From positions 21,137 to 85,136 of the IMG/VR virus record IMGVR_UViG_3300029309_000010: a stretch of 64,000 nucleotides of DNA; one strand, 5' to 3'. Shown one piece after another: positions 47,130-55,515 of the stretch. The notes beneath the pieces are model-generated. The model was not told where the DNA came from, ran no database searches, and saw only the letters and a program-made list of their open reading frames with translations. The translations under genes and the position numbers were made by a program. The DNA comes from a virus. How positions within the stretch are numbered: position 1 is the first letter of the stretch; the number at the start of each line of letters is the position of its first letter.

Positions 47130-47473
47130 ATCTTAAGCCAGTGCTTATCAAAACTTAATTTAAATGACCCCAAATGTTTATAGTCCCATTCATTAGGTTC
47201 TATTAAAGAAAGAACATTTCTATTCCTTATCTTATATAGGTGATATATACGCCCTACTATTGGTTCAAAGTTCATCTCTGCTGAATAAACAATCTGATTC
47301 CACTCATAATGTTTTATAAGAGCATCATATTCTTCTTTTAGCCTTTGGAACTCTTCTTCAGTATCTCTATCAACCCTTGAGATACCATCAGCCTTAAAAG
47401 GCGTTAAGTCAGTCTTAGATATTGGGGGAGATAAAGTAGAAGTAGGATAACTTAAATATGACCCAGAACTCAT
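47120..47473 (-). CDS. DUF2452-like protein
   Basis: 'YSAEMNFEPIVGRIYHLY' and 'LSLIEPNEW'. Confidence 0.7.
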   Translation of the reverse strand: MSSGSYLSYPTSTLSPPISKTDLTPFKADGISRVDRDTEEEFQRLKEEYDALIKHYEWNQIVYSAEMNFEPIVGRIYHLYKIRNRNVLSLIEPNEWDYKHLGSFKLSFDKHWLKMAG

Positions 47474-47802
47474 TTACTATTTTTAGACAGCTGAGTAGAT
47501 GATATCTGATACTCTCCTGTTGATCCTTTAGCCATAGCCTTGAATGTATATACATCCTGATCTAAAGCTGGTGAGACTTCACCATTAAGCAGTGTAAGCT
47601 GATTCTCGCTTTCTAAGATTGACAGCATCTTTTTTAACTGGAATTTAGTTAGAGTGACCCTTACTGGTATCTGCTTAACTTTCTGTTCATCTCTTGGAAA
47701 AGATACTTTTATCTCTTCCACTTGCACGTTTTCTCTCTCTAGGTATGCTACTCCGCTGATGATTGCACAACAAAACAGCAAAACAATTATTGTTATTTTC
47801 AT
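47470..47802 (-). CDS. Hypothetical protein with N-terminal signal/TM
   Basis: Hydrophobic N-terminus. Confidence 0.6.
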   Translation of the reverse strand: MKITIIVLLFCCAIISGVAYLERENVQVEEIKVSFPRDEQKVKQIPVRVTLTKFQLKKMLSILESENQLTLLNGEVSPALDQDVYTFKAMAKGSTGEYQISSTQLSKNSK

Positions 47803-48146
47803 TGCATTAATAAATAAACTATTTCTTCGTCACTAAATAGACTGGGTTCTTGGGCTGCTAAATTTAACATTTGTTCTATTCTGTAATCTACATCAGGCAC
47901 CATAGGCATGTTATTAAGTTTTTTCTTTGCTCTAGGTAGCTCATAGAATGGTCTCATAGGGGAATCAGCTCTTTCATAGTCCCTTAGAGGTCTCTGTATA
48001 CTAGGGAATCTGATAGATGGTTCATCAAGTAACCTCTCTGCTTCATCTAATTTAATGTCTAAGCGTATAACAGCACAAACAAGAACAATGATTGTGCCAC
48101 ACAATACTCCTAAGATAATATTTTTCATCAATTCTATCTTCTTCAT
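47799..48146 (-). CDS. Hypothetical membrane-anchored protein
   Basis: N-terminal TM segment. Confidence 0.6.
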   Translation of the reverse strand: MKKIELMKNIILGVLCGTIIVLVCAVIRLDIKLDEAERLLDEPSIRFPSIQRPLRDYERADSPMRPFYELPRAKKKLNNMPMVPDVDYRIEQMLNLAAQEPSLFSDEEIVYLLMQ

Positions 48147-48163
48147 TTTTTATTAATTTAAAT

Positions 48164-48631
48164 TCAGCTTACCCTGAACCATTCTGGGGTGTCTCTTTTA
48201 GTCCACTTGGCAAAATAAGACTTCTCCCCGTTGTAGTAGGCCCGATAAGCTGTGACAGCACACTCATTCTTATACTCATCTGGCATGGCCTGAGCAAATG
48301 GTGTAAGACCTTTACTTGGTAGATTTAATTTATTATAGTTGCAGGAACACCAATGTATCGTATCTAGTGACTTATGCACCTTACCATAGCGCCTAGTATA
48401 TTCCTGACACATAGTGTGAGCATGATCTAGTAACCACTCATAGTTTTCTTTTGATTCTCTAGCCCAGATAGTGCATGGGTGATTGTAAAAAGCTCTTTTG
48501 TATGGTGCGGTTCCGTTGTCATAGACTGCACAAAGCATTTGAGCTGATTCTAGGATCATCTTGACAACGTGCTTATCACACAATTGTTGAGCAGAGATCT
48601 TTGGATCTTGATCTACTACAAATATATTCAT
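48164..48631 (-). CDS. Pyrimidine-dimer DNA glycosylase/endonuclease V-like protein
   Basis: 'MNIF', 'DKHVVKMILESAQML', 'NHPCTIW', 'EYTRRYGKVH' and 'AYRAYY'. Confidence 0.8.
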   Translation of the reverse strand: MNIFVVDQDPKISAQQLCDKHVVKMILESAQMLCAVYDNGTAPYKRAFYNHPCTIWARESKENYEWLLDHAHTMCQEYTRRYGKVHKSLDTIHWCSCNYNKLNLPSKGLTPFAQAMPDEYKNECAVTAYRAYYNGEKSYFAKWTKRDTPEWFRVS

Positions 48632-50114
48632 GTCAGTTTCTTAATGTCTTTTTTAATCTGTGCTATTCTCTTCTGAACTTCTTTCTGGTCACATTGACTG
48701 TTATTAAATATGTCATACTCCAGATTATCTAACTGATCATAAACAAGTTTGTGACTACAGACTTTCCTTATGAATCTCATGTATGGCGCGACATTGATAA
48801 GACCAGACTTTGGTTTCTTTGGTCTGCCACCTTTCTTTGCTCCCTTACTACTTTTTAATGCTTTCATTAGGAATAGCGTGAACGTAGTCTACACTGAGGA
48901 CGCTGGTATGCAACATCTCTTTGACCTTTTTTGCAGCTTCTTCTTTAGAAGATGCTTCAATTAAAAATCTATTTATAACCTTGACTCCCACCTCATACTG
49001 CTGTTTAGGAGTCTCTTGTCTTGGTATTGATGATGCACCCCAACCACTCATTTGAAAACCTCCCCAGAGTCCATTAACTTTTCAAGGGTTTCTATTCTCT
49101 CATCAGCAGAAGCAATCATTTTCAAAGCTTCATTTGCATCCTTGTAGAAATCCTCTGTAGAGTGATCTCCTATGCCAACTGGAAGCTCCGATAAAAGCTT
49201 TAAAGAAAGAATACCTTTTTGTCTATCTGCATCAGCCTGTTTATGTAACAGGTCATAAAGCTCTTGTTTTAAGTCCATCATACTAATTATTGTTTAAACT
49301 ACCTGTGACAGAATAAACTTCAATAGTCTGACCATCACTGTATACTTCATATACGCTACCAAGAGATTGATCTGCATTCATGATAGCCATTTCTTTAGCA
49401 GAGGTTGGGTGATTCAAAGGAGCGTTAGAAAGCTCAGTTGAGTAACCACCCATCCAGCGATGCTTTTTATCGAATACCTCGTATCTAATTACTTTTTTCA
49501 TTCTTTACAAGAAATGTTTGCTTTAGTTCGTCGCCTTCTGTTTTAGTCAGGATCTGACCCCAGTGAGACCTACCATTCTCATTACTAACAAGGACTGTCA
49601 AGTCTCCTGTTTCTTCATTGACTTCTGCTTTGAGTCTCCAGCCATTTAGGAGAACAAAGTTAATCCATCTATCTTCTATCATTATTCTGTTATTTTGAAT
49701 TGAATTGGTTCTGGATCTGTTGTCGGCTTGACAGAAGCATTGATTTCATTAGCTTCCTGCTCGATAATCAGGATGTTCATTTTCTCTAGCCATACCCTGC
49801 TGACAGGGATGTGCTGCTTTGAGCCAAAGTATTCGTTCAATGTCTGCATGTCAACATTAACAAATGACTTTGCTCCTTTCGGTCTTCCTCTTGTCCTTCT
49901 CATTTTTATATTAGTAACCTGCTCTTTCCAGTAGGATTGATTCATCTGGCCCAATGTATTCTAATCTATGATCATCAACTGCAAGTCCTGATGACTTGAG
50001 AACATTCTCAAATAACTCCACTGCGATTATGGTCGAGAAATCCTCCATGTAGATCTCATGTTCAGCTGTATGCTGATTACCATCGCGCTCTATTGTTACC
50101 TTGATCTTACTCAT
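48628..50114 (-). other. Run of seven small hypothetical ORFs (48628-48867, 48848-49051, 49048-49281, 49283-49501, 49485-49682, 49682-49903, 49911-50114)
   Basis: Tightly packed and co-oriented, downstream of the promoter TTGACG-16-TATACT-7-ATG at ~50115-50149. Confidence 0.6.
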
Positions 50115-50169
50115 TGCCTGTAGTATATATGTAAACTGGGTTGCGTCAACATTTTTTATGAATAAAAAT

Positions 50170-50475
50170 TCATTTTTTATAGAAATCTTTGTAGAGTTCT
50201 TTTACTAATGGTGTTAATATATGGTCGTATGCTCTCACTAGGGCCTCCTCAAGCTCTGGCTGCACATCTTCTAAGATATAACCAAGACCTGAAATATCAA
50301 GCATAGCGTGGAAAGCTTCATGCACAAGGGTATCTAAAAGAACTTCGCCTTTAATTTTTTTAGATATGGAAATTTTTTTGGCATCAGAGTCTAACTCGCC
50401 AAACTCTTTCATATCTTTATAAACTATATCATATTGGATACCCGCGATTACAATATGTGTGGGCTTGTAACTCAT
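50170..50475 (-). CDS. Small HExxH metallopeptidase-like protein
   Basis: 'DTLVHEAFHAML...EEALV'. Confidence 0.65.
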   Translation of the reverse strand: MSYKPTHIVIAGIQYDIVYKDMKEFGELDSDAKKISISKKIKGEVLLDTLVHEAFHAMLDISGLGYILEDVQPELEEALVRAYDHILTPLVKELYKDFYKK

Positions 50476-50483
50476 ACTAAATC

Positions 50484-51422
50484 TTATGCGATTTCCCTCG
50501 CAAGATCCAGACCTTTTTTGGTAAGTTCTCTTTTTGAATCAATCTTTATCAGACGTTTCTTTACAAGCATCTTTTCATAATCTCTCTGAATAGCAGCTCT
50601 CTGGAATCCAGTGACTGATGAAAGTCCGTTAAGTGTCATAGCTCCACGCTCACCTAGCGCCTTGACAATGATTAGCTCAGATGCCGTTAGGCCATAACGC
50701 TTGACTCCCATAGCATCAGAAAACTCTTTCCAAATTTCTTTGCTTACCTTCTTAACATCTCTTGCTGCAATATAAGTTTTAAGATCTTCCGCTTTGACAA
50801 CAGCATCTCTTGGGTTACCCCTAAAGGAAGAAATAATATCTTCTTTTGCACGATTGTCAATATCAGCAGCATACTCAAGATTATCGTGGAATATATCGTA
50901 AAGTTCTTGACTTTTATATTCCTCAAAGGCAATGTCACGTAGACGATCTCTAAGTGGTTCTGCCAACTTCTGCTGGTCAGTAGTAGCCATGCAAAAGGTC
51001 AGCTCATTAAAATCAAAGCTGTAGGGAACTCCCTCATGCTCCACTGTCCTAACAGGATTCTTGTCCACGTTCAGAACAGACAAAAAGATTTGTTGCAGAT
51101 CCTTGGGAAGATTGTGGCCCTCATCAATAAACAAAAATGCTTTGTGTTGCACCCAGACTGGATATACCTGCTCAAAGAAGCTGGCAGCATTCCTGATTGT
51201 CTTGCCATTGACCTCCAGCATAGGTGGCTTGCTACCATCACTACGACGAAGGGCCTCCCGAAACAGGCGAGCAAAATATGTCTTGCCTCCTCCCTTTCCA
51301 GTAGTAAGATTAATAAATGGCATTCTGTCAGTCTTCTTGTATGCATCAATATAGATGCTCAAGGTCCGCTTGACTGACTCTTGCCCGATGGCTTCGTCAA
51401 ATATGCTATTGATCTTAGGCAT
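50484..51422 (-). CDS. ruvB: RuvB-like Holliday junction branch-migration AAA+ ATPase
   Basis: 'IGQESVK', GGGKT, FIDEGH, 'ATTD...LAEPLRDR', 'RGNPRDA' and a C-terminal winged helix. Start set by promoter TTGCAC-16-TATTCT-6-ATG. Confidence 0.8.
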   Translation of the reverse strand: MPKINSIFDEAIGQESVKRTLSIYIDAYKKTDRMPFINLTTGKGGGKTYFARLFREALRRSDGSKPPMLEVNGKTIRNAASFFEQVYPVWVQHKAFLFIDEGHNLPKDLQQIFLSVLNVDKNPVRTVEHEGVPYSFDFNELTFCMATTDQQKLAEPLRDRLRDIAFEEYKSQELYDIFHDNLEYAADIDNRAKEDIISSFRGNPRDAVVKAEDLKTYIAARDVKKVSKEIWKEFSDAMGVKRYGLTASELIIVKALGERGAMTLNGLSSVTGFQRAAIQRDYEKMLVKKRLIKIDSKRELTKKGLDLAREIA

Positions 51423-51517
51423 GACGCTAGAATACAGCACTTTAATGGTAGTGCAAGCACTTTTTAAGAAAAAAAATACCTCTTGACTCGCGGTGTTTTT
51501 TGGCTATAATAAAGAAG

Positions 51518-51772
51518 ATGAAGAGATCTACACACATCTTCAGTAAATTAATCATAGGCACGTTTGCCATAATTATTGGGATACCTCTTGGAATAATCAC
51601 AGGTGTCACCTGCATGATTAGAATAATTGTATCTTATCCATTTGACATATACAGAATAGCCGTTACAAAAATCGAGCAGCGAGCAGCATTGGAAGAACTT
51701 CTTGATAACCAAGATCAAGACATTTGGGATAAGCATATCGCTAGAACACAACAAAATCAAAAACAAAACTAA
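51518..51772 (+). CDS. Small membrane protein
   Basis: Promoter TTGACT(51483)-16-TATAAT-7-ATG; one hydrophobic segment. Confidence 0.6.
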   Translation: MKRSTHIFSKLIIGTFAIIIGIPLGIITGVTCMIRIIVSYPFDIYRIAVTKIEQRAALEELLDNQDQDIWDKHIARTQQNQKQN

Positions 51773-52146
51773 TGGACATACAGGAGTTGTTAAAAATACA
51801 TGATGAAACTTGCGATAAGTGCAAGGGAATAATGCAAAGAAAAAACAGTGATTATACTGGTGGCAAGAAAGCTACAGATGTTTTTGCTAATTTTAATTCA
51901 TCTATAATATTAAATATTAATCCAGTCCAAGGTCTACTTCTTAGGGTAATAGACAAAATTAAAAGAATCTATTCTTTCACTAATGATAAGCAATTACAAG
52001 TTTCAGATGAGTCGGTTGACGATGCATGTGAAGACATTGTAAATTATGCGATTCTAGCAAAGGCTATGCTAATCGAAGAAAGAAAAAGAATCAAACAAAA
52101 TCAAGAAAAACAAAAGAAAGAAAAAATTTTTCCATTGGCTGAATAG
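51772..52146 (+). CDS. DUF1599 / nucleotide-modification-associated domain protein
   Basis: 'KNSDY', 'FANF', 'LRVIDKIKR' and 'ESVDD.C.DIVNYAI'. Confidence 0.7.
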   Translation: MDIQELLKIHDETCDKCKGIMQRKNSDYTGGKKATDVFANFNSSIILNINPVQGLLLRVIDKIKRIYSFTNDKQLQVSDESVDDACEDIVNYAILAKAMLIEERKRIKQNQEKQKKEKIFPLAE

Positions 52147-52247
52147 CTATTATTTGGCCTTTTTTTGCACATCCTAGCCTCTCTCTATATTTGGCCCCTT
52201 TGCTCTCAACCTAGCCTCTTCCAAAAAACGGTGTAATTATATATACC

Positions 52248-52466
52248 GTGCTATTTAAAAAAGCTGCTACATTATTAGAAACATCTCTTGTAATCTTGTT
52301 TATATCAATATTATCAGTATGTTTATTCAAAGCTGGTCATGGTGTTTACAGGATATTTGTAAGAATGGCAGAGAGTGAATACGATAAAGCTTACTATGAA
52401 AATGATCCAAAGGGGCTGCTAAAGAGAGAAAGCGATAATATGATGTGGCATAGAGGTTTTAAATAG
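52248..52466 (+). CDS. Small membrane protein
   Basis: TM segment; GTGTAA motif upstream at 52231. Confidence 0.5.
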   Translation: MLFKKAATLLETSLVILFISILSVCLFKAGHGVYRIFVRMAESEYDKAYYENDPKGLLKRESDNMMWHRGFK

Positions 52467-52469
52467 TTT

Positions 52470-52715
52470 ATGAAAGTAAAAGAAATATTAGCTAATTGTT
52501 CTATATTACAGAACGGTTCTTATTATTTGGGTTGTGCTTACCCAAACTTTAAAGATCCTATAGTTGAAAAAGTTAGGGTTTTGGTAGATAATGGTTATGA
52601 ATTTAAGTTAAAAGAAGTAAGCATCTTTGGAGAAGAGACTTATTTCTGCAATAAATTAAACTTAAGTTATCAAACAGATTATAACGGAGATTCAACATTA
52701 CATTATTCAGGATAA
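52470..52715 (+). CDS. Hypothetical protein
   Basis: 81-aa ORF. Confidence 0.5.
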   Translation: MKVKEILANCSILQNGSYYLGCAYPNFKDPIVEKVRVLVDNGYEFKLKEVSIFGEETYFCNKLNLSYQTDYNGDSTLHYSG

Positions 52716-52718
52716 TTT

Positions 52719-52859
52719 ATGAAAAAGAAATCAGGAAGCTCCTATGAGGGGAGCAAAAAGAAAGGCTACAGAGGCTTTAATTCTAGAAAGAAAACTTCTT
52801 TCAATAAGAATAGTAAGCATTACAAGAAGAAGTATCGGGGTCAAGGCAAGATAAGGTGA
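52719..52859 (+). CDS. 46-aa very basic peptide (KKYRGQG motif), not in the ORF track
   Basis: MKKKSGSSYEGSKKKGYRGFNSRKKTSFNKNSKHYKKKYRGQGKIR; overlaps the ppa start (GTGA). Confidence 0.7.
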   Translation: MKKKSGSSYEGSKKKGYRGFNSRKKTSFNKNSKHYKKKYRGQGKIR

Positions 52860-53407
52860 ATCTGGTAGATGACATCCCCATAAGCAAAGATGGATTCCAT
52901 CACGTAAATTGTATTATCGAGATCCCCAAGGGGACTAATACTAAATACGAGTATGATGAGGATTTAAATATATTTAAATTAGATAGGTGCTTGGTATCTT
53001 CTTTGCAATATCCTATCAACTATGGTTTTATTCCACGCACCATAGCATTAGATGATGACCCCTTAGATGTCTTGGTATTTAACCATGATCCGATTGACAG
53101 AGGTGTCTTAGTATCTTGTAGAATTCTTGGTGTCTTAGGGTTTACAGATGGTGGTAAGATTGATAACAAACTTATTGCTGTTCCTCACTGGTCACCAGAA
53201 GAAAAATATAAAACAATTAAAGACATTGAGTCATCTCACTTGAAAATCTTTAGAGAGTTCTTTAAAATATATAAAATAGATAGAGCCTCTGAGACAGAAG
53301 TAGGACGTTGGACCAGTGTAGCAAAAGCTAAAGAAATATTACTAGACGCACACAAAAGATGGTTAAAAAAAGGTGGAGAACGAAAATTGTGGAATGACCC
53401 AAGATGA
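52856..53407 (+). CDS. ppa: Inorganic pyrophosphatase (family I)
   Basis: 'IEIPKG..KYE', 'LDR', 'YPINYGFIPRT' and 'DDDPLDVLV'. Confidence 0.93.
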   Translation: MNLVDDIPISKDGFHHVNCIIEIPKGTNTKYEYDEDLNIFKLDRCLVSSLQYPINYGFIPRTIALDDDPLDVLVFNHDPIDRGVLVSCRILGVLGFTDGGKIDNKLIAVPHWSPEEKYKTIKDIESSHLKIFREFFKIYKIDRASETEVGRWTSVAKAKEILLDAHKRWLKKGGERKLWNDPR

Positions 53408-53565
53408 ACCCAGACTTAATAACTAAATATGTTCCTTTGATTGCTGGCATCATGTATACAGCAGTAGGAGCAGCTTACATTATGAAAAAAGATGTGGGCT
53501 GGGCAATTATTTGGCTGTCTTACGCTACAGCTAACTTTGGATTAATGGTAGTGGGGAACCCATGA
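53404..53565 (+). CDS. 53-aa membrane peptide, not in the ORF track
   Basis: MNPDLITKYVPLIAGIMYTAVGAAYIMKKDVGWAIIWLSYATANFGLMVVGNP; ATGA overlaps at both ends. Confidence 0.65.
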   Translation: MNPDLITKYVPLIAGIMYTAVGAAYIMKKDVGWAIIWLSYATANFGLMVVGNP

Positions 53566-53891
53566 AGTTTAACATAAAAGATATCCAAGGAGAGATTATT
53601 AAAGATAACGATACTTATCTTTTGAGAGACAATCATACTTTAAATAATCTTATATTAAGCAGCACTAGATTAAAGCCCTACAAAGAAACAAGAGGTCATA
53701 GTCACAAGGGCAAAGAAGAAGTTTATTATTTTGTAGAAGGAGAAGGCGTTATGATTCTCCGCTACGATAAATTTGAAGTTAAGGCTGGAGATTTAGTATT
53801 GATTCCTGATGGTGCATTTCATCAGGTTCAAAATCCAACAGACAAAGACTTGTATTTCGTCTGTGTATTTGAAGGAAGTAGAGATCATTAA
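53562..53891 (+). CDS. Cupin domain protein
   Basis: 'GHSH...EEVYYFVEGEG' and 'GDLVLIPDGAFHQVQN'. Confidence 0.85.
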   Translation: MKFNIKDIQGEIIKDNDTYLLRDNHTLNNLILSSTRLKPYKETRGHSHKGKEEVYYFVEGEGVMILRYDKFEVKAGDLVLIPDGAFHQVQNPTDKDLYFVCVFEGSRDH

Positions 53892-53917
53892 TTACATTTA
53901 TTTGTGTAAAAATAAAT

Positions 53918-54250
53918 GTGAACCTAATTGTCGTATCTGACTTAACTCTTAAAGAAGGTTTATATTTTAGGCATCTGACGATGCTAATGAAATCTAATTT
54001 GAAAATAAATGTGCTTATAGAAGCACAAAGAGATCAAATAGATTATTACTACAACATACTAAAAAAGAAGGGTTACTACGATTTTGTAACGGATATGTTG
54101 TCTATTGATGAGAGAGAGGCTGGAGTCAGGTTAGATACAGAATACAATTATCCATCAACTGTAATAGCTGAAGAAATAACTTCACAAAATGTTATCTCCC
54201 TTTATTTGCAGATAAGAGCACTAGCTAGTATGGAAGCTAGATTAAAATAA
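53918..54250 (+). CDS. Hypothetical protein
   Basis: GTGTAA-N8-GTG start. Confidence 0.55.
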   Translation: MNLIVVSDLTLKEGLYFRHLTMLMKSNLKINVLIEAQRDQIDYYYNILKKKGYYDFVTDMLSIDEREAGVRLDTEYNYPSTVIAEEITSQNVISLYLQIRALASMEARLK

Positions 54251-54275
54251 AATAGCCCCCTAATTGGGGGCTATT
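54251..54275. terminator. Bidirectional terminator between convergent genes
   Basis: AATAGCCCCC-TAATT-GGGGGCTATT perfect 10-bp stem. Confidence 0.75.
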
Positions 54276-54278
54276 GAT

Positions 54279-54740
54279 TTAAATTTCGTCATCGTCTTCT
54301 TCGACTGGATCTGGCTCAGGCTCAGGCTCAGGTGTAGGTTCTGGCTCCACTGGTGGATCAGGATCTGGCTCTGGCTCTGGTGGAGCAGTGTTTGCCCACT
54401 CTCTAATCGCAGGGATTGCAGCGATGATTGCATCCATAGCTTCAGCAGCTTCTGGGACCTCATCCATCATCTGCCAAAATGGTTTCCTGCCATTCACACG
54501 ACTAGGGATGTTGATATACTCAACTCCTTCATTGTCAGCGGTGACAAGAACTTTTTCACTGTCTCCATCATAAGGAAGCATTTCAATGTTTACGCTACCT
54601 TGGCTTGGATCAGCTTCTGCTGTATTTGGCACAAAAATGTTAATACTACGCAGCCAGACAGAATCAAAAGTCTCTTCTGGCTTGGCTGGGACTACGAAAG
54701 GTTCGTCCCGTGGGATTGGATCTCCTAAGTTATCTGGCAT
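54279..54740 (-). CDS. Acidic protein with Pro-Glu repeat tail (possible tail-fibre accessory protein)
   Basis: PEPEPDPD repeats; downstream of the tail fibre and GT2. Confidence 0.55.
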   Translation of the reverse strand: MPDNLGDPIPRDEPFVVPAKPEETFDSVWLRSINIFVPNTAEADPSQGSVNIEMLPYDGDSEKVLVTADNEGVEYINIPSRVNGRKPFWQMMDEVPEAAEAMDAIIAAIPAIREWANTAPPEPEPDPDPPVEPEPTPEPEPEPDPVEEDDDEI

Positions 54741-54781
54741 GACTAATTATATTTGTTAGTGTTACTATTTACTACACTTTT

Positions 54782-55474
54782 TTACACAAAAAAGGATTTT
54801 AAATGTCCAACTCTCAGCTTTGGAACAACAAGAGGCTTTATTTGTAGTTTATCATAAACATTCCTACAAAAACTGACATCTTCAAAGCTCATGTCAATTA
54901 CATCAAATTTTTCTCCCTTCTTATGTGGATGGTCGCAATCTGGTATATTTGCATCTCTGAGCGGGTAGTAGGGATAGTCCATTTGCTCGTAGATTGACCT
55001 GTGAACCTTCGTAAAGCCAAATCCGCACCAATCTACCTGAACCAACTTATTTGGCTCCTCCTCGGCCATTTTTGTGAGCCATTCAACAGATGTAAATGGC
55101 ATGTGGAGATTCTTCCTAAAGAAGTCTTCGTTCCAATCACCAACCATAGCTTTATCAGAGTAATCTGATCTATACCACCCAGTAACAAACTTTTTATCTG
55201 GCGGTATACTAAGCATATGTTCTATCTGCTCAATATTGAATTGAACATCTGAGTCAATCCAAAATAACCATTCAGCGTCAGGAGGATTTGTGTCTGCAAA
55301 ACCACCACCACCTGATGCCAAGAAGTTACGGGCGAAGTTCAGGAACAATCCATTGCAGGTATAAATGGTAGAATTATTCTTATCACACCAAGACTGTAAT
55401 CTAAGATACTGCTCGAAACACTTGCCTTGAATGCCACGATGATCAATCGGGATTAAAAATATACAGTTAAGCAT
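54782..55474 (-). CDS. Glycosyltransferase, GT-A/GT2-like
   Basis: 'ARN', 'WLFWIDSD' (DxD), 'CGFGF', 'EDVSFC' and 'VGHLK'. Confidence 0.8.
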   Translation of the reverse strand: MLNCIFLIPIDHRGIQGKCFEQYLRLQSWCDKNNSTIYTCNGLFLNFARNFLASGGGGFADTNPPDAEWLFWIDSDVQFNIEQIEHMLSIPPDKKFVTGWYRSDYSDKAMVGDWNEDFFRKNLHMPFTSVEWLTKMAEEEPNKLVQVDWCGFGFTKVHRSIYEQMDYPYYPLRDANIPDCDHPHKKGEKFDVIDMSFEDVSFCRNVYDKLQIKPLVVPKLRVGHLKSFFV

Positions 55475-55515
55475 CTATTTATTATAGGTGCCTTGTGTAT
55501 TTAATCAAATTTTAA

